NCBI RefSeq assembly: GCF_026967925.1
Contig: NZ_JAPVBI010000003.1
Span: 1,038,826-1,070,825 of the forward strand
Length of the DNA: 32,000 nt
Reading direction: 5' to 3'
DNA from: Modestobacter sp. VKM Ac-2985
Lineage (GTDB): Bacteria > Actinomycetota > Actinomycetes > Mycobacteriales > Geodermatophilaceae
The position numbers and the translations under genes are program-made. Every line of letters starts with the position of its first letter. The stretch's first letter is position 1. This document shows positions 15,867-26,800 of the stretch, piece by piece. Below the pieces are notes generated by a model. The model saw only the letters and a list, made by a program, of their open reading frames with translations, made no database searches and was not told the origin of the DNA.

Positions 15867-16252
15867 GCGCTCATCCTCTCCCGCATCTGCTGGATGTGTC
15901 CTCCGATGCGGAGCCAGTCGCGGGTACCCCAGGTGTGGTCCCCGATGTCGCAGGCCATGCGGGCAGGTCGGGTGTCGGCGGGAATGAACGCGCGGATCGT
16001 GCCCTGGCAGGCAGCCTCGGGGCAGGCGCCGATGGTGATGATGGCGCGGTGCGCGGGCGCGTCGACCGCACGGGTTGCTTGGGCGTGGGCGTCGAGGATC
16101 TCGTCGCAGGCGTCGGGCAGGTTGCCGTGCGCCCGCAGGTCGGGGAGGGCGGCCAGGAGGGCGGTGGCCGCAGTTTGCGCAGTCGAGGTCGCAACGTTCG
16201 CCAGGTGGGCTGCCCAACCCATCAGCGCGTCCCGCAGCCCAGCGCCAGCCTC
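15863..16252 (-). pseudogene. Phage gene truncated at its 5' end by the IS3 element
   Basis: The minus-strand frame reads ...HEAGAGLRDALMGWAAHLANVATSTAQTAATALLAALPDLRAHGNLPDACDEILDAHAQATRAVDAPAHRAIITIGACPEAACQGTIRAFIPADTRPARMACDIGDHTWGTRDWLRIGGHIQQMRERMSA*. The protein-like sequence begins exactly at the IS left end (16253). The track ORF's N-terminal part (to 16450) is antisense to the IS. Confidence 0.5.
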
Positions 16253-16316
16253 GTGAAGTGACCCCCGTTGGCTGAACACCTCCAAACTTGGCACCAGCCA
16301 AGGAGGGAGAGCCCGA

Positions 16317-16607
16317 ATGGGCCGACGGAGCAAGTACCCCGAGGAGTTCCGGCAGCGAGCCGCACAGCTGGTGCTGGACAGCCGCCGCAGCGTCCGAGAG
16401 GTCGCCGGCGAGTTGGGGATCAACCACGAGACGCTGCGCAACTGGGTCACCGCCGAGAAGCGTCAGCGAGCCGATGGGCCGGCCGCGCTCAGTGCCGACG
16501 AGCGGATGGAGCTGGCCCGGCTGCGGCGCAAGGTCGCCGAGCTGGAGCTCGAGCGGGAGATCTTGAAAAGAGCCGCGGTCTTCTTCGCTCGGGAGACGGG
16601 CCGGTGA
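16317..16607 (+). CDS. IS3 transposase OrfA (HTH)
   Basis: Track ORF, 96 aa: MGRRSKYPEEFRQRAAQLVLDSRRSVREVAGELGINHETLRNWV..., with a leucine-zipper-like tail LARLRRKVAELELEREILKRAAVFFA. AGGAGGGAGAG lies upstream (16301-16311). Confidence 0.9.
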   Translation: MGRRSKYPEEFRQRAAQLVLDSRRSVREVAGELGINHETLRNWVTAEKRQRADGPAALSADERMELARLRRKVAELELEREILKRAAVFFARETGR

Positions 16608-17500
16608 GCCGCGGACTGGTCTGCGAGTTCATCGCCGCGGAGAAGACCAGCTACGGCGTGCGCCGTCTCTGCCGAGTGTTCCGGATCAGCCCCACCAGCT
16701 TCTACGCCTGGGCCGCCCGCGCCGGCGGGCCGACGGCCGCCGAGCTCCACGACGCCTACTCGATCGAGGCCGCCCGCGAAGCCTGGATCGCCCACCGCCG
16801 GACCTACGGCGCCCGCCGGCTGACCGCAGAAGTCCGCGACCGCGGGCACGACTGGAACCGGAAACGAGTTGCGCGGCTGATGCGGCTGGGTGCGATCGAG
16901 GGCGTGCACCGGCGCCGGCGCGGCAAGTACGGCCGCCGCTCGGTCTCCACCGCGACCGCCCCGGACCGGGTGGAGCGGAACTTCACCGCGGCCGGACCCA
17001 ACCAGCTGTGGGTCGCCGACATCTCCTACCTGCGCTCCTGGGAAGGCTTCGTCTACCTCGCCGTGGTCGTCGACGCCTTCAGCCGCAAGGTCGTCGGCTG
17101 GGCGATGGCCGACCACCTGCGCACCGAACTCGTCCTCGACGCCGTCGGCATGGCCATCACCACCCGCAAGCCGCCGGCCGGAACGGTGCACCACACCGAC
17201 CGCGGCAGCCAGTACACGTCCTATGAGTTCGGCAAGGCGCTGCGCGTCTCCGGGGTACTGGCCTCGATGGGGCGGGTTGGCTCGGCGTTCGACAACGCGA
17301 TGGCCGAATCGGTGTTCGCCACGCTGAAGACCGAACTGATCTACCGCCGCTCCTGGCCCACCCGCCACGAACTGGAGATGGAGGTCTTCTCCTACCTCGA
17401 AGGCTTCTACAACACCCGCCGCCGGCACTCCCGGCTCGGCAACCTCAGCCCCACCGACTACGAGAACATGCACCTGACACAGAACGAGGTGTCCGCCTGA
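16604..17500 (+). CDS. IS3 transposase OrfB (DDE/rve integrase core), probably made as an OrfAB fusion by -1 frameshift
   Basis: The frame is open from 16268 (track ORF 16268..17500) and is -1 relative to orfA. The GTG at 16604 overlaps the orfA stop (GTGA). DDE-type motifs are present: LWVADISYL, VHHTDRGSQYTS, DNAMAESVFATLKTE. An A4G run (16566-16570) in the overlap is the only slippery-like candidate. It is not a canonical A6G heptamer in the orfA frame. Confidence 0.85.
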   Translation: MSRGLVCEFIAAEKTSYGVRRLCRVFRISPTSFYAWAARAGGPTAAELHDAYSIEAAREAWIAHRRTYGARRLTAEVRDRGHDWNRKRVARLMRLGAIEGVHRRRRGKYGRRSVSTATAPDRVERNFTAAGPNQLWVADISYLRSWEGFVYLAVVVDAFSRKVVGWAMADHLRTELVLDAVGMAITTRKPPAGTVHHTDRGSQYTSYEFGKALRVSGVLASMGRVGSAFDNAMAESVFATLKTELIYRRSWPTRHELEMEVFSYLEGFYNTRRRHSRLGNLSPTDYENMHLTQNEVSA

Positions 17501-17601
17501 CGGGGGTCACTTCACCTGAGCCTTTCCGTGGGTCGTCAGCTGCTGCACCACCGACCTCACGAGCAACGGATTGAGCATCAGACGGTAAGCAATTCGCCAG
17601 C

Positions 17602-19713
17602 TCAGCTGACAGGGCGACGGAGTACCTGTGAGGCTCCGTCGCGGTCAGCCGACCGCTGTCCCAACGTCGCACTGGCGAGTTCGGGTGGCAGCAGGTCGGC
17701 GAACTTCAGCTGCTTGAGCGCCTCATCAGAAACGGTCAGCTGCACTTCGGTCAGGTCATCACCGAATCGGCGCCGGACCTCGCCGACCGCATCCCGCACC
17801 GCGCCGGGGGTCGCGTCACCCCGCAGCTTGATGTAGCGGTTGTCGTACCGGTCCAGCTCGTCGACCAACCCGGACTTCACCTGCGTGAGCGCGGCCGCAA
17901 GCGTCCCGTTGGCCCGGCCACCAGCCCACGTCCACCACCGCACTTGTCCACCGTCATGTGGGCGAACGAGGCTGCTACCGGCCGCGGCCGTCGGGAGGAC
18001 TTCCTCCCGGACGGTCGCGAGCCGATCGGTGGCCCGACGCGTGAGCGACACCCCGGGCATGTCTGCGCCCAAGGCGACCCGCCGCATCGCGTCGGTCAAG
18101 GCGAAGGACAGCGGCTGCGCCATCCCCGCCCAACGAGACGTACCGGGCAGCGTGGTCGGTTCGACGAACGCTCGGCGGCGCTTCCAGTCGATGTAGGTCA
18201 CCTGCCACGGGCGCCCGCCCAGGGACAGCACCCGCGGCCCTTCGACCTTCCGCGTCATGACCAATGGGTCGACCGTGCCCACCTCGACGCGACCGTTGAG
18301 CAGCGTGAACTGCGGGTCGGCGGTGAAGGCGGAGAGCAGTTCGAGGAAGTGCTTCTGTCCGTACCGTCGCTCCGCCTCGGGGCCGACGAACAACATCCCT
18401 GAGTCCTGGTCGACGTGGCCGCTCTCGAGCATCCAGTCAGTGATGCGCCGCGCCTCGTCGGGAGCGGCAAAGTCAAGACCGCCCAGCTCCGAGAGCCAGC
18501 TCTCGCGTCCCACTCGCCCTTGCTGGAGGCACAACGCCAGCAGCTGTTGACCGAGCAGCTGGCGGGGCGACGCCGGAGGCAGGATCGGCTCGACGTAGCC
18601 CTCCGACCACAACTGCAGGAGCCCGGCGGCTCTCAGCAACTCATCGTCATCTGTCGCCAGGAACAGCATGCTCCGCGCCGTACCGGCACGACGACCAGTC
18701 CTGCCGAGCCGCTGCAGCAGCGACGCGACCGTCCGAGGAGCACCCACCTGCAGCACTCGGTCGAGGTCGCCGACGTCGATGCCCAGCTCCAGCGTCGACG
18801 TGGACACGATGACGCAGTTGCGGGCCTCGGCGAAGGCCTTCTCTGCTTGCCGCCGCTCATCCACCGACAGGGACGAGTGCGAGACGAACGTCGTCGTCCC
18901 TCGATACAGGAGCGCGGCGGCCAGAGACTCCACAGTGCGACGAGAGTCGGCGAAGACGAGCCGCTTCTCCCCCGCGTGCAGCGCTGCGATGACTGTTGCG
19001 GCATTGTCGATGCTGCCGACGTAGTCGAGCTCCAGCTCAGGCGTCGGTCCCGGGGCGGCCGGCGGCGATACGACGGTGGCTTCACGAGTGCTCCGACCCG
19101 GCCCCTGGAGCCAGGACAACAAGGCATCGGGGTTGCCGACGGTCGCTGACAGCCCGATGCGTTGAAGAGGTCGACCAGCCACTTGAGACAGACGTTCCAG
19201 CACCGCGAGCAGGTGCCAGCCTCTGTCATCACCAGCGAAGGCATGCACCTCGTCGACGACGACTGCTCGCAGGTCGCCGAACAGCTGGGCGGAGTCGATG
19301 CGGGTCGAGACGAGCATCGACTCCAACGACTCAGGAGTCGTCAGCAGGATGTCCGGACGGTCGATGGTGAGCTTGCGCCGCACGGAGTCCGGGGTGTCGC
19401 CGTGCCACAGCCCCACCCGGCGGCCAAGCCAGGATGCGTAGCCGGCCAACCGCGGCTCGAGGTTGTTCAGCAACGCACGCAGGGGACAGACGTACAGGAC
19501 TGTCAGCCCGCGCCAGTCCTCCTGCGCCATCCGGGAGAGTAGCGGAAAGGTGGCGGCCTCGGTCTTGCCGCCAGCTGTTGGCGCCAACAGCAACGCATCG
19601 TCGCCGCGCATGACCGGCTCGACAGCCTCCTGCTGCAGCGGCCGAAGTGCCGGCCAGCCAAGCGAGTTGACGATGTGATGCTGGACGACGGGGTCGAGCA
19701 GCTCAGCCGTCAC
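17602..19713 (-). CDS. brxHI: BREX Lhr-like DEAD/DEAH-box helicase BrxHI
   Basis: Track ORF, 703 aa. SF2 helicase motifs:
- APTAGGKTEA (about 19561-19585)
- DEVH (19243-19254)
- LSATVGN
- STSTLELGIDVG
- QRLGRTGRR

A long Lhr-type C-terminal extension follows. A GTGA overlap joins it to brxD. It is the last gene of the pglX-pglY-pglZ-brxD operon. Confidence 0.88.
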   Translation of the reverse strand: MTAELLDPVVQHHIVNSLGWPALRPLQQEAVEPVMRGDDALLLAPTAGGKTEAATFPLLSRMAQEDWRGLTVLYVCPLRALLNNLEPRLAGYASWLGRRVGLWHGDTPDSVRRKLTIDRPDILLTTPESLESMLVSTRIDSAQLFGDLRAVVVDEVHAFAGDDRGWHLLAVLERLSQVAGRPLQRIGLSATVGNPDALLSWLQGPGRSTREATVVSPPAAPGPTPELELDYVGSIDNAATVIAALHAGEKRLVFADSRRTVESLAAALLYRGTTTFVSHSSLSVDERRQAEKAFAEARNCVIVSTSTLELGIDVGDLDRVLQVGAPRTVASLLQRLGRTGRRAGTARSMLFLATDDDELLRAAGLLQLWSEGYVEPILPPASPRQLLGQQLLALCLQQGRVGRESWLSELGGLDFAAPDEARRITDWMLESGHVDQDSGMLFVGPEAERRYGQKHFLELLSAFTADPQFTLLNGRVEVGTVDPLVMTRKVEGPRVLSLGGRPWQVTYIDWKRRRAFVEPTTLPGTSRWAGMAQPLSFALTDAMRRVALGADMPGVSLTRRATDRLATVREEVLPTAAAGSSLVRPHDGGQVRWWTWAGGRANGTLAAALTQVKSGLVDELDRYDNRYIKLRGDATPGAVRDAVGEVRRRFGDDLTEVQLTVSDEALKQLKFADLLPPELASATLGQRSADRDGASQVLRRPVS

Positions 19714-21050
19714 AGGTCGAGATGCACGTCGTCAGCCCGAGCCGCGGGAATCACAGCCAGGCTCGCGCTCTCGCGCTCGACGTCCGTCAGCTCGGCCGCA
19801 TTGACGGTCAAGGCGTAGTGCCGGCGCGGGTCGAAGTCGTCGAACTGGTCGACGCGGTCGAGCACGTCGCTGACCAACTTCTTGAGGAAGACCCGCGGCG
19901 CGACGCCCACCCGGCCGCCCAACGACCCCGTCACGGCTACCGCCAGCTCAGAGACGTACCTGTCGTCAACAACTCGTGAGATCCGAGCTGCATCGCTCGC
20001 TCCGTCCGCGAACAGGTCGCGGACTCTGGTGCCGAGTTGACCCAACGCCGCCAAGTCGAAGCCTGGGAGCCGCAGCTGCACCGCCCGCGGATTGTCAAAG
20101 CGGGTGTCGGTGGCGAAGTCGGTGGCGAGTCGTTGGGCCAGCGGAGGCAGTCGCGGTACGCCGCTCGGGCCGTCATAGAAAGCCGGCGTGCCAGTGATGA
20201 CGAGGAAGAGACCGGGGAAGCGCCCGGAGTCGACCTCGTCGACCAATTGCCGGAGGGCGTTGAGTGCCTTGTCTCGCACGTCACCGCGCACCCGTTGCAG
20301 CGTCTCCACCTCGTCGAGGATCAACAGCAACCCGGGATGGCCGGCGTCCCGAAGAACCGTCAGCAGCCCCTGCAAGAAGCCCATGGCTCCAAAGTGGTCG
20401 AGCTCGCCGCGGATCCCGGCAGCCCGCTTCGCGGCGCCAGCGACGTGCGGCTGCCCGCCGAGCCAGCCGGCCAGCGCGTCAGCCGCCACTGAGTCCCCGG
20501 CGACAACTGCACTTCGATAGGCACGCAGGGCCTGCGCAAAGGCAGGAGTCCGCGTGGACACAGCAGCCAGCCGTTGTTCCAGCAGCTGTGCTACAGCCGC
20601 ATCCATCGACTGTGCTCCCGCCACGGCAAGTGAGGGATCAGCAGCGGCGACGTCAGCCTCGAGCGTGTACAGCCACGAGTCGAGCACCGGCCGGAGGGCG
20701 CTCGGCGGGAAGGCCGACGTGCGCAGCGACTCCCCGATCCGGCGATAGACGGTCTCCAGCTTGTGCAGCGGTGTCTCGGTCTCCGAGATCTGCACCTCGG
20801 CGGTTGCCATGCCTCGCCGCGCAGCTCGCTCGGCCAGGAACCGGGTCACGAACGTCTTGCCTGCGCCGTACTCGCCGCGGATCGCCTTGAACGACGATCC
20901 GCCGGCGGTGACAACGTCCAGCTCGGCGTCGAGCGTGGGTACGAAGCGTTCGAGCCCCACCGCGAGGAGGTCCAAGCCGCTGGCCGGCACGGTGCCTCGG
21001 CGAAGAGCGTCGAGGACCTCACGTCGCCGCCGGGGAGAGACCTCGCTCAT
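19710..21050 (-). CDS. brxD: BREX ATP-binding protein BrxD (DUF2791-type P-loop ATPase)
   Basis: Track ORF, 446 aa. N-terminus RRREVLDALRRGTVP; Walker A GEYGAGKT (about 20853-20876); Walker B-like LLLILDEVE. 4-nt overlaps on both sides (ATGA 21047-21050, GTGA 19710-19713). The position between pglZ and the Lhr-like helicase is as in BREX type 2. Confidence 0.85.
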   Translation of the reverse strand: MSEVSPRRRREVLDALRRGTVPASGLDLLAVGLERFVPTLDAELDVVTAGGSSFKAIRGEYGAGKTFVTRFLAERAARRGMATAEVQISETETPLHKLETVYRRIGESLRTSAFPPSALRPVLDSWLYTLEADVAAADPSLAVAGAQSMDAAVAQLLEQRLAAVSTRTPAFAQALRAYRSAVVAGDSVAADALAGWLGGQPHVAGAAKRAAGIRGELDHFGAMGFLQGLLTVLRDAGHPGLLLILDEVETLQRVRGDVRDKALNALRQLVDEVDSGRFPGLFLVITGTPAFYDGPSGVPRLPPLAQRLATDFATDTRFDNPRAVQLRLPGFDLAALGQLGTRVRDLFADGASDAARISRVVDDRYVSELAVAVTGSLGGRVGVAPRVFLKKLVSDVLDRVDQFDDFDPRRHYALTVNAAELTDVERESASLAVIPAARADDVHLDL

Positions 21051-23851
21051 GAGCCGAGCTCGAACTGTTCACGCAGCAGTGCCTCGTCCAGCACCACGGT
21101 CGACCCGTCGACGTCAAAGCTCACCACGGCATACCCCTCGACGTTCAGCAGTCGCTGCACGTGCAGTACCGCCCCGCGCAATGCCACTGGTGCCACCCCC
21201 AACGCGACCGCGGCGGCCGTTCGTGGCAGGCGCCGATCGGTCCGCTCCAGAAGTACCTCGAGGAGCTGACGGACCTGCTCGTCGGTCACGGTGACCCGAC
21301 CGGCCAACGTGCGCTGCTCTCGGTAGGTGGTCGACGCAATGGTCGACGCTCCGAGCGGATGCACAGCGGGCGACGGCGCCGCGGGAGGAGCCGACGGCTC
21401 GTCTACGACCTCATCGAACAACGTCATCGCTCCGGCAGCAGCCGGCCGAGCTGCGGCCGACCGACGGGCGGGTACCGATACTGGATCAGGTGCAGGAGAC
21501 GCGGGAGCCGTCGAGCGCACCCGGTCCGACCACCAGGCCGGCTCTTGGGGTGTCGCTGGCGTCAGTCCCGACTCCCCGCTCGGCGCACCGGAGACGAGGA
21601 AGTACACCGGGATGACGACTTCAGCCGGTGCAGCGCCGCCGTGGTAACCCGCCTTCAGTGGGCCATACCGCAGCCGCTCATCGACAGCGAGCACCGCTCG
21701 ACCATCGTGCTTCAGCACCCGCCGGCCGGCGATGCGGATCTCGCCCTCGCCTGCGGGCCCGTCGGCTCGGGAACGTCCGCTGGAGATGTCCGCGGCGCTC
21801 TGTTGCCGTCCCTGCCGCCGCTCGACGATGTGCCCGTGGTCCGAGGTGAGCACCACGACTCGACCGGCCAACCGGGCACGTTCCAGCAGCGGACTCAGGT
21901 TCTTCACGGCGTCAGCTGTCCACACGGTTCCGACCGGGTCGGAGCGGTCGAGCGCGTCGTCGATCGTGTTGAGGATGCAGGTGACGAGTGGCTGACCTGC
22001 CTGGTCGTCGATGGCAGCCCCGACGTCGTCGGCGACCGAGAACCCGGGACGGGAGCTGTCCAGCGGCTTCTTGTGGAACAGGGACGCACCCGCCAGCCCG
22101 TAGGCCCGCACCAGCTCGGCGTAGCCCCGCCGTTCGGCGTCCTGCTGCCCCGTCAAGAGCTGACCGCACAGCAGCGAAGTTCGACTGACCTCTGTGAGGC
22201 TGGGCAACACAGACACAGCACCGATTCGCCGCGGGCGTCCGTCCGGCACGTGCTCGACCCAGCCGTCCGACAGCTTGGCCGTGATGCTCTCCACGACCTC
22301 GTTGCCGACTGCCGCACTCATCCCGTCCAGCACGAGCAGCAGTACCGGAGCGCGGCGAGCGATAGGGAGGATGACGCTGGGCAGCAGCTCCTCCAGGCGC
22401 ACAGCGCTCGGTGTTCCGGGTCGGTCGTCGCGGGTGAACTCGGCCAGGGCTCGAGCGAAGTCGCCGTCATGACGGTCCCGACGCCGGCGAACCAGCTCAA
22501 GGACGGCGGCGAGCGCTTCGCCAAGCTCGGGGTCCCCTACGCCGGGTGCCGCATCGTTGACCGCGGTGTCGACCCAGGCATCAGCATCCAGGTGCCGGCG
22601 ATGCAGTGCTGCGAGATCGTGGCCCTCACCCCTGCTGTCGACGGCCAGCCAGCGGGTGAGCCGAACTGCAGCCCGGAATGCGTCGACGCGCCGGTCGCCG
22701 TCTGCCAGGTGGTGCCGATTGACGGCATCCCAGGCCGGCTCGACGGCGTCCAGGGAGCTGCGCTGCACCAACGGCTGATCGATCTCTTGACCAGCCTCCG
22801 AGCGCACCGCGGCAAGCAAGCCCGATGCGAGACGCGTCAGCCGGGCAGTCAGCCCCGAGGGCAACAGGTCGGATTGCTCTGCCAGTGCCGACGCTCGTAC
22901 GTCGGCGAGCACTACGTCTGCTGCCGCGAGCAGCTGCTCCCCGAGCGGCCGCAGCTCTCGATGGTTGATCAGTGGCCGGACGACCACTCCAGCCTCTTCG
23001 GCCCAAGAGGCCAGCGCCCCACGAGGCGCCGAAGCCCCTCCGGTGCGCGGCTCCAGACGTACGAGGGCTTCTCGAGCCAAGACGAGGTCCTCTGCCCCTC
23101 CCGCCTGTTGGCTGCGCAGCAGCGCTTCCAGCACGAGACCGAGCGGCACGATCTCCCTGCTCTGCCCCCGCCGCAGCAGCTGCGACAACAAGGGAGCAGC
23201 CGCACCCACTCGTTGGGCGACCCAGTCGAGGACGGCATCGGTGAGCCCATCACCAGCCAGCCCGCGCAGGTCACCGATCAGTCCCACGGTCGGCGGTTGG
23301 GCAGTCCACGTCAGCGCAGCGGTCGCTGCCAGCTCACCAACCGGCAGATGCAAGTGAGCACGCGCCACCGAACCGAGGGCATGGTCTCGAGTCAGGACGC
23401 CGCCAGGTGCTGGCGGCCATCCCCCGGGAACCGGAGTGGCGGCCAACAACCCCGAAGCCAGCTCACGGTGATCCGCAGCCAGCGTCAGGGCAGGATCGAG
23501 GCCTTCCGCCGCGAAGCGGACGCGCACGGCCGCCCAGGGGTCCGGGGTACGCAGGCGGTGCCAGATCAAGTGGCTGCGGATGCCCGCGCCCAAGTCGGCA
23601 TCGTCGCGATCGGTGACGATGACGACCCACCGATCACCACCTCGGGAGCGAAGCGCCTCCCGGACGGCGAGACTCGACACGCACGGCACCACGGTCACCG
23701 GCACGCCCTGGTGTTCGAAGGACGTCGGGCCACCCCACTCGGGCCGCGCGCGGATCCCGAGCGCGCCAGCGCTGTAGTTCTTCCGCACGGCTTCGTCGAG
23801 CAGCGCCCGCACCACGGGCAGCGTCGCCACACTGGTCGTGGCTGCGGTCAC
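21047..23851 (-). CDS. pglZ: BREX alkaline-phosphatase-superfamily protein PglZ
   Basis: Track ORF 21047..23866 (939 aa). I prefer the GTG at 23851, which forms a GTGA overlap with the pglY stop; 23866 is the alternative. PglZ-type motifs: [13 protein letters not shown] and [11 protein letters not shown] (SDHGH at 21830-21844). Confidence 0.88.
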
Positions 23852-26800
23852 TCGTCCACCCGCCACTCAACCCGCACCGCGACGTCGGGGTGCTCGTTCA
23901 CGAACGCCTCGAGGTCCTTGAGGACCTGCGCCGGCGGCTGGCCCGCTGACAGGGTGACCCCACGAGACGGCCGCGGCCGAGGAGGCAGCGGCGGCGGCGG
24001 GACGACGACGGGCGGACGCCGCTCCTCAAGCCACTGGAAGAGCTCGTCCTCGAATGCCCGCAGCCCGGCCGGCAGCGACGTGACGATCTCGTCGCTGCGC
24101 AGGCTGGTTCGGAGATTCGACAACGCGCCGGCTGCAGCTGGATCGCTTGGCTCGGCGTTCAACAGGGGGCTCAGCCGATCCCAGCGGTAGCTGGAGAGCG
24201 CCGAGCTGACCGCGGCAGACGTCGACAGAGATCGGGCAACCGCCGCATCTCGAGCCGGATCTCCCGTGGTGGCCAGTGCATGCACCAGGGCGACACGGTC
24301 TCTGCTCGCGCGCAGGGCGGTGAGCAGTGCCGTAGCGGCTCGTGCCGTGCTCAGTCGCTGGGCGCCCTCCGCGGGCAGCCCCACTCGGTCGTACGCCTCC
24401 GTCAGCTTGCCCTCCAGCGTGGTTGCAGCATCGAACTGTCCACGCGCCTCCGCGTACAGCTTCTCGGCCAGCTCACTCACTGTGGGCGCGGTCAGGTACC
24501 GGCTGATCGGGATGCCGAACAGCGCGGCGACGCGGCCGACGGCAACATCCCACTCCGCCGGATCAGGCAACGGATCCGGCCGCAGCTCCATGTCCGTCGT
24601 CAGGGCCCCCGGCTTCGGCGGGGGCACGACCGGTGTGCCATGCCGGTACCAGGCCCGCTGCCGCAGCGCCGCCCATGCGAGGACGACCAGGTCGGACACC
24701 TCGTCGCGTAGTCCTAACGTCGGCGTCATGCCGTCGATCCAGCTGCGCACCTGGGCAACGGTCACTGCGTCCTGTGGCCGGAGCCCGGCGCGCCCCGCTG
24801 CGCGCTCGAACTCTGCGGCCCAGAAGACGAAGCGATCGTTGCCGAAGAGGAAGTGGGTCTCCCCCGCGCTGCCCAGCTGCAGCGGATTGGCCACGCGGCG
24901 GACCGCGGCCCGGTCGCTCGGCTCGAGGAACACCCGGCCGTCGCGATCAGCGACCGCCTTGTCCACGTAGGAATACGTCGTCGCCAGGTCGCGGCCCGTG
25001 ATCTCGACGTCGGCCGGCTCAAATCGCGGGTGGCCGGGGTACTGCGACGAGAATGCTTGGTCGACCAGGTGCTGGAACGCAGCCGCCAAGTCAGCGCCGA
25101 CCGGCTTGGCCAGGTTGAGCCCGCGGTCCAGCGACACCAGCACGCGGTCATGTGCGGCGTCCTCCAGCAGTGTGCCGCTGCTCGGCGCGGCAGCGCCGTA
25201 GGCCTCTTGGATGGCGCGGCGCAGGCTCTCCCGAAGCGCAGTGCGCTGCGACTCCAGAATGGCCTTGGCCTGGACCCGGTCGACCTCGGAGAGGTGGTCG
25301 GCGTGCGAGGTCCACCGCTCCCCCGCGCCGGTGAGCAGCCAGTCGAGGACGACGAGCCGGCGCACGTCACGGATCCGCTCCTCGGACAGGAAGCGGGGCA
25401 GCCAGACCAGCGTGTGGTCGTGGAACCCGCTGCTGATCAGCTGGTCAAGCCGGGCGAGGTCTTCAGCGGCGGAGTGCCCGTGCTCATCGAAGGGAAAGTC
25501 GACGACGAGCCGCCAGGTCTGTGGCCGAGCCCGAAAATGGTCTTCGCTCAGCCAGCCGCTGTCCCGGACGTTGCCGAAGACGACGTCCACCTCGCGTCGG
25601 GAACCCCGCCAGACCACCGTCTGCGCATGCGCTCCGAAGACATCGGCGTCCCGTGTCTGAAGCCCGAGTGCATCGCGAACGAGGTCCTTGAGGAGCTCGC
25701 GCCGCCGACCCTCGTTGTCCTCTGTTTTGGCCTTGTCGACGATCGACTCGTAGTCGACATCGGAGAGCTGCACCCGAATGGTGGGGTTGCGCGAGTCGCC
25801 GCTGACGTGGATTTCGGGGACCTGGCGGTTCCAGTCCCGCACCTTGGCCAGCACGATGGTGACCTCGGCGCCGGGCAACGGGGAGACGATGGACCCATGG
25901 TTGAGGCTGGCCAACCGAGCAGCGGTCAGCTCCTTGAGCGCGGGGACCTTGGGTGCCACAGCCGACAGCAGAAGTGTCTTGGCCAGGCGGTCGTCAGCGA
26001 GATAGCCGGCAGGCACCGATTCACCGCTCAGAACCTGCTCAAGCGTGACGTTGTGCGTGGCCAGCAGGATCGGCCGCAGCTTGTCGCGATAGAGCGCCGT
26101 AGCTGAACGGAACAGAGCACCGACCTGGGCATCAAGGACGTCTTTGCCGTCGACGACGTACTCGAAGGCGTCACCGACGGGGATCACGTCGTCGACGGTG
26201 AGCATGTCTCGCCGGTCGACGAGGATCTGCTGCATGACCTTGAGCGCGGTGCGCTCCCGCTGCATGACGCTCGCCAGAGATCGCAGCGTGGACACCAGTG
26301 CCGGGGAGAACGGATAGGTCATGCGGAAGGCTGCTTCGTCGGCGCCGCGGTGCCGCTCGTCGGTGTTGACCCCGTCGAGGAGCACGTCCCACACGTCCGA
26401 GCGTCGATCCAGCCGGTCGAAGGCGTCGCGGAGGAGCCGGTCAGCGGCCTCGTCACGCCGCTGCAGCAGCCGCTGCCGGGCAACGTAGGGCAGGTTGTCA
26501 TCCCCCAGGACGATCGGGTTCGGGAACCGTCCTTCTTGGTGCCGGAAAGCTCGGTCGAGAGCCTCTTGCTCCGCTCCAGACGCACCGGCGTCGGCGAACC
26601 AACGCCGCAGGTCCATCTGCCTGGCGACGATCGAGATAAAGGGGATCGGACGCTCACCGATGGAGGACTCGACGAGCTTGGTGAGCTTCTGCGATTCCCG
26701 GCGGAAGAACTCCCGGTCTTGCACGGAGAAGGCAAGCCAGAGCACAAGCTCGTCGAGGAAGAGGACGACGGCGTGGTAGCCGAGCGCGGCAGCGTGGCCG

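Larger units (their letters stand above)
16253..17515 (+). mobile_element. IS3-family insertion sequence (1263 bp)
   Basis: Perfect 16-bp terminal inverted repeats: GTGAAGTGACCCCCGT (16253-16268) and ACGGGGGTCACTTCAC (17500-17515), extending imperfectly to ~28 bp (23 matches). There are two overlapping transposase ORFs, with orfB in the -1 frame. No flanking direct repeat is detectable (left flank ...GCCTC, right flank CTGAG...). Confidence 0.85.

Noticed and set aside
21161-24190. 1009-aa plus-strand ORF across pglZ and the pglY 3' end
   Set aside because: It is antisense to two motif-bearing BREX genes. The sequence is Arg/Gly/Pro-rich with no motifs, so I treat it as a shadow ORF. The same reasoning applies to 24853..26106 (+) and 24266..24970 (+).
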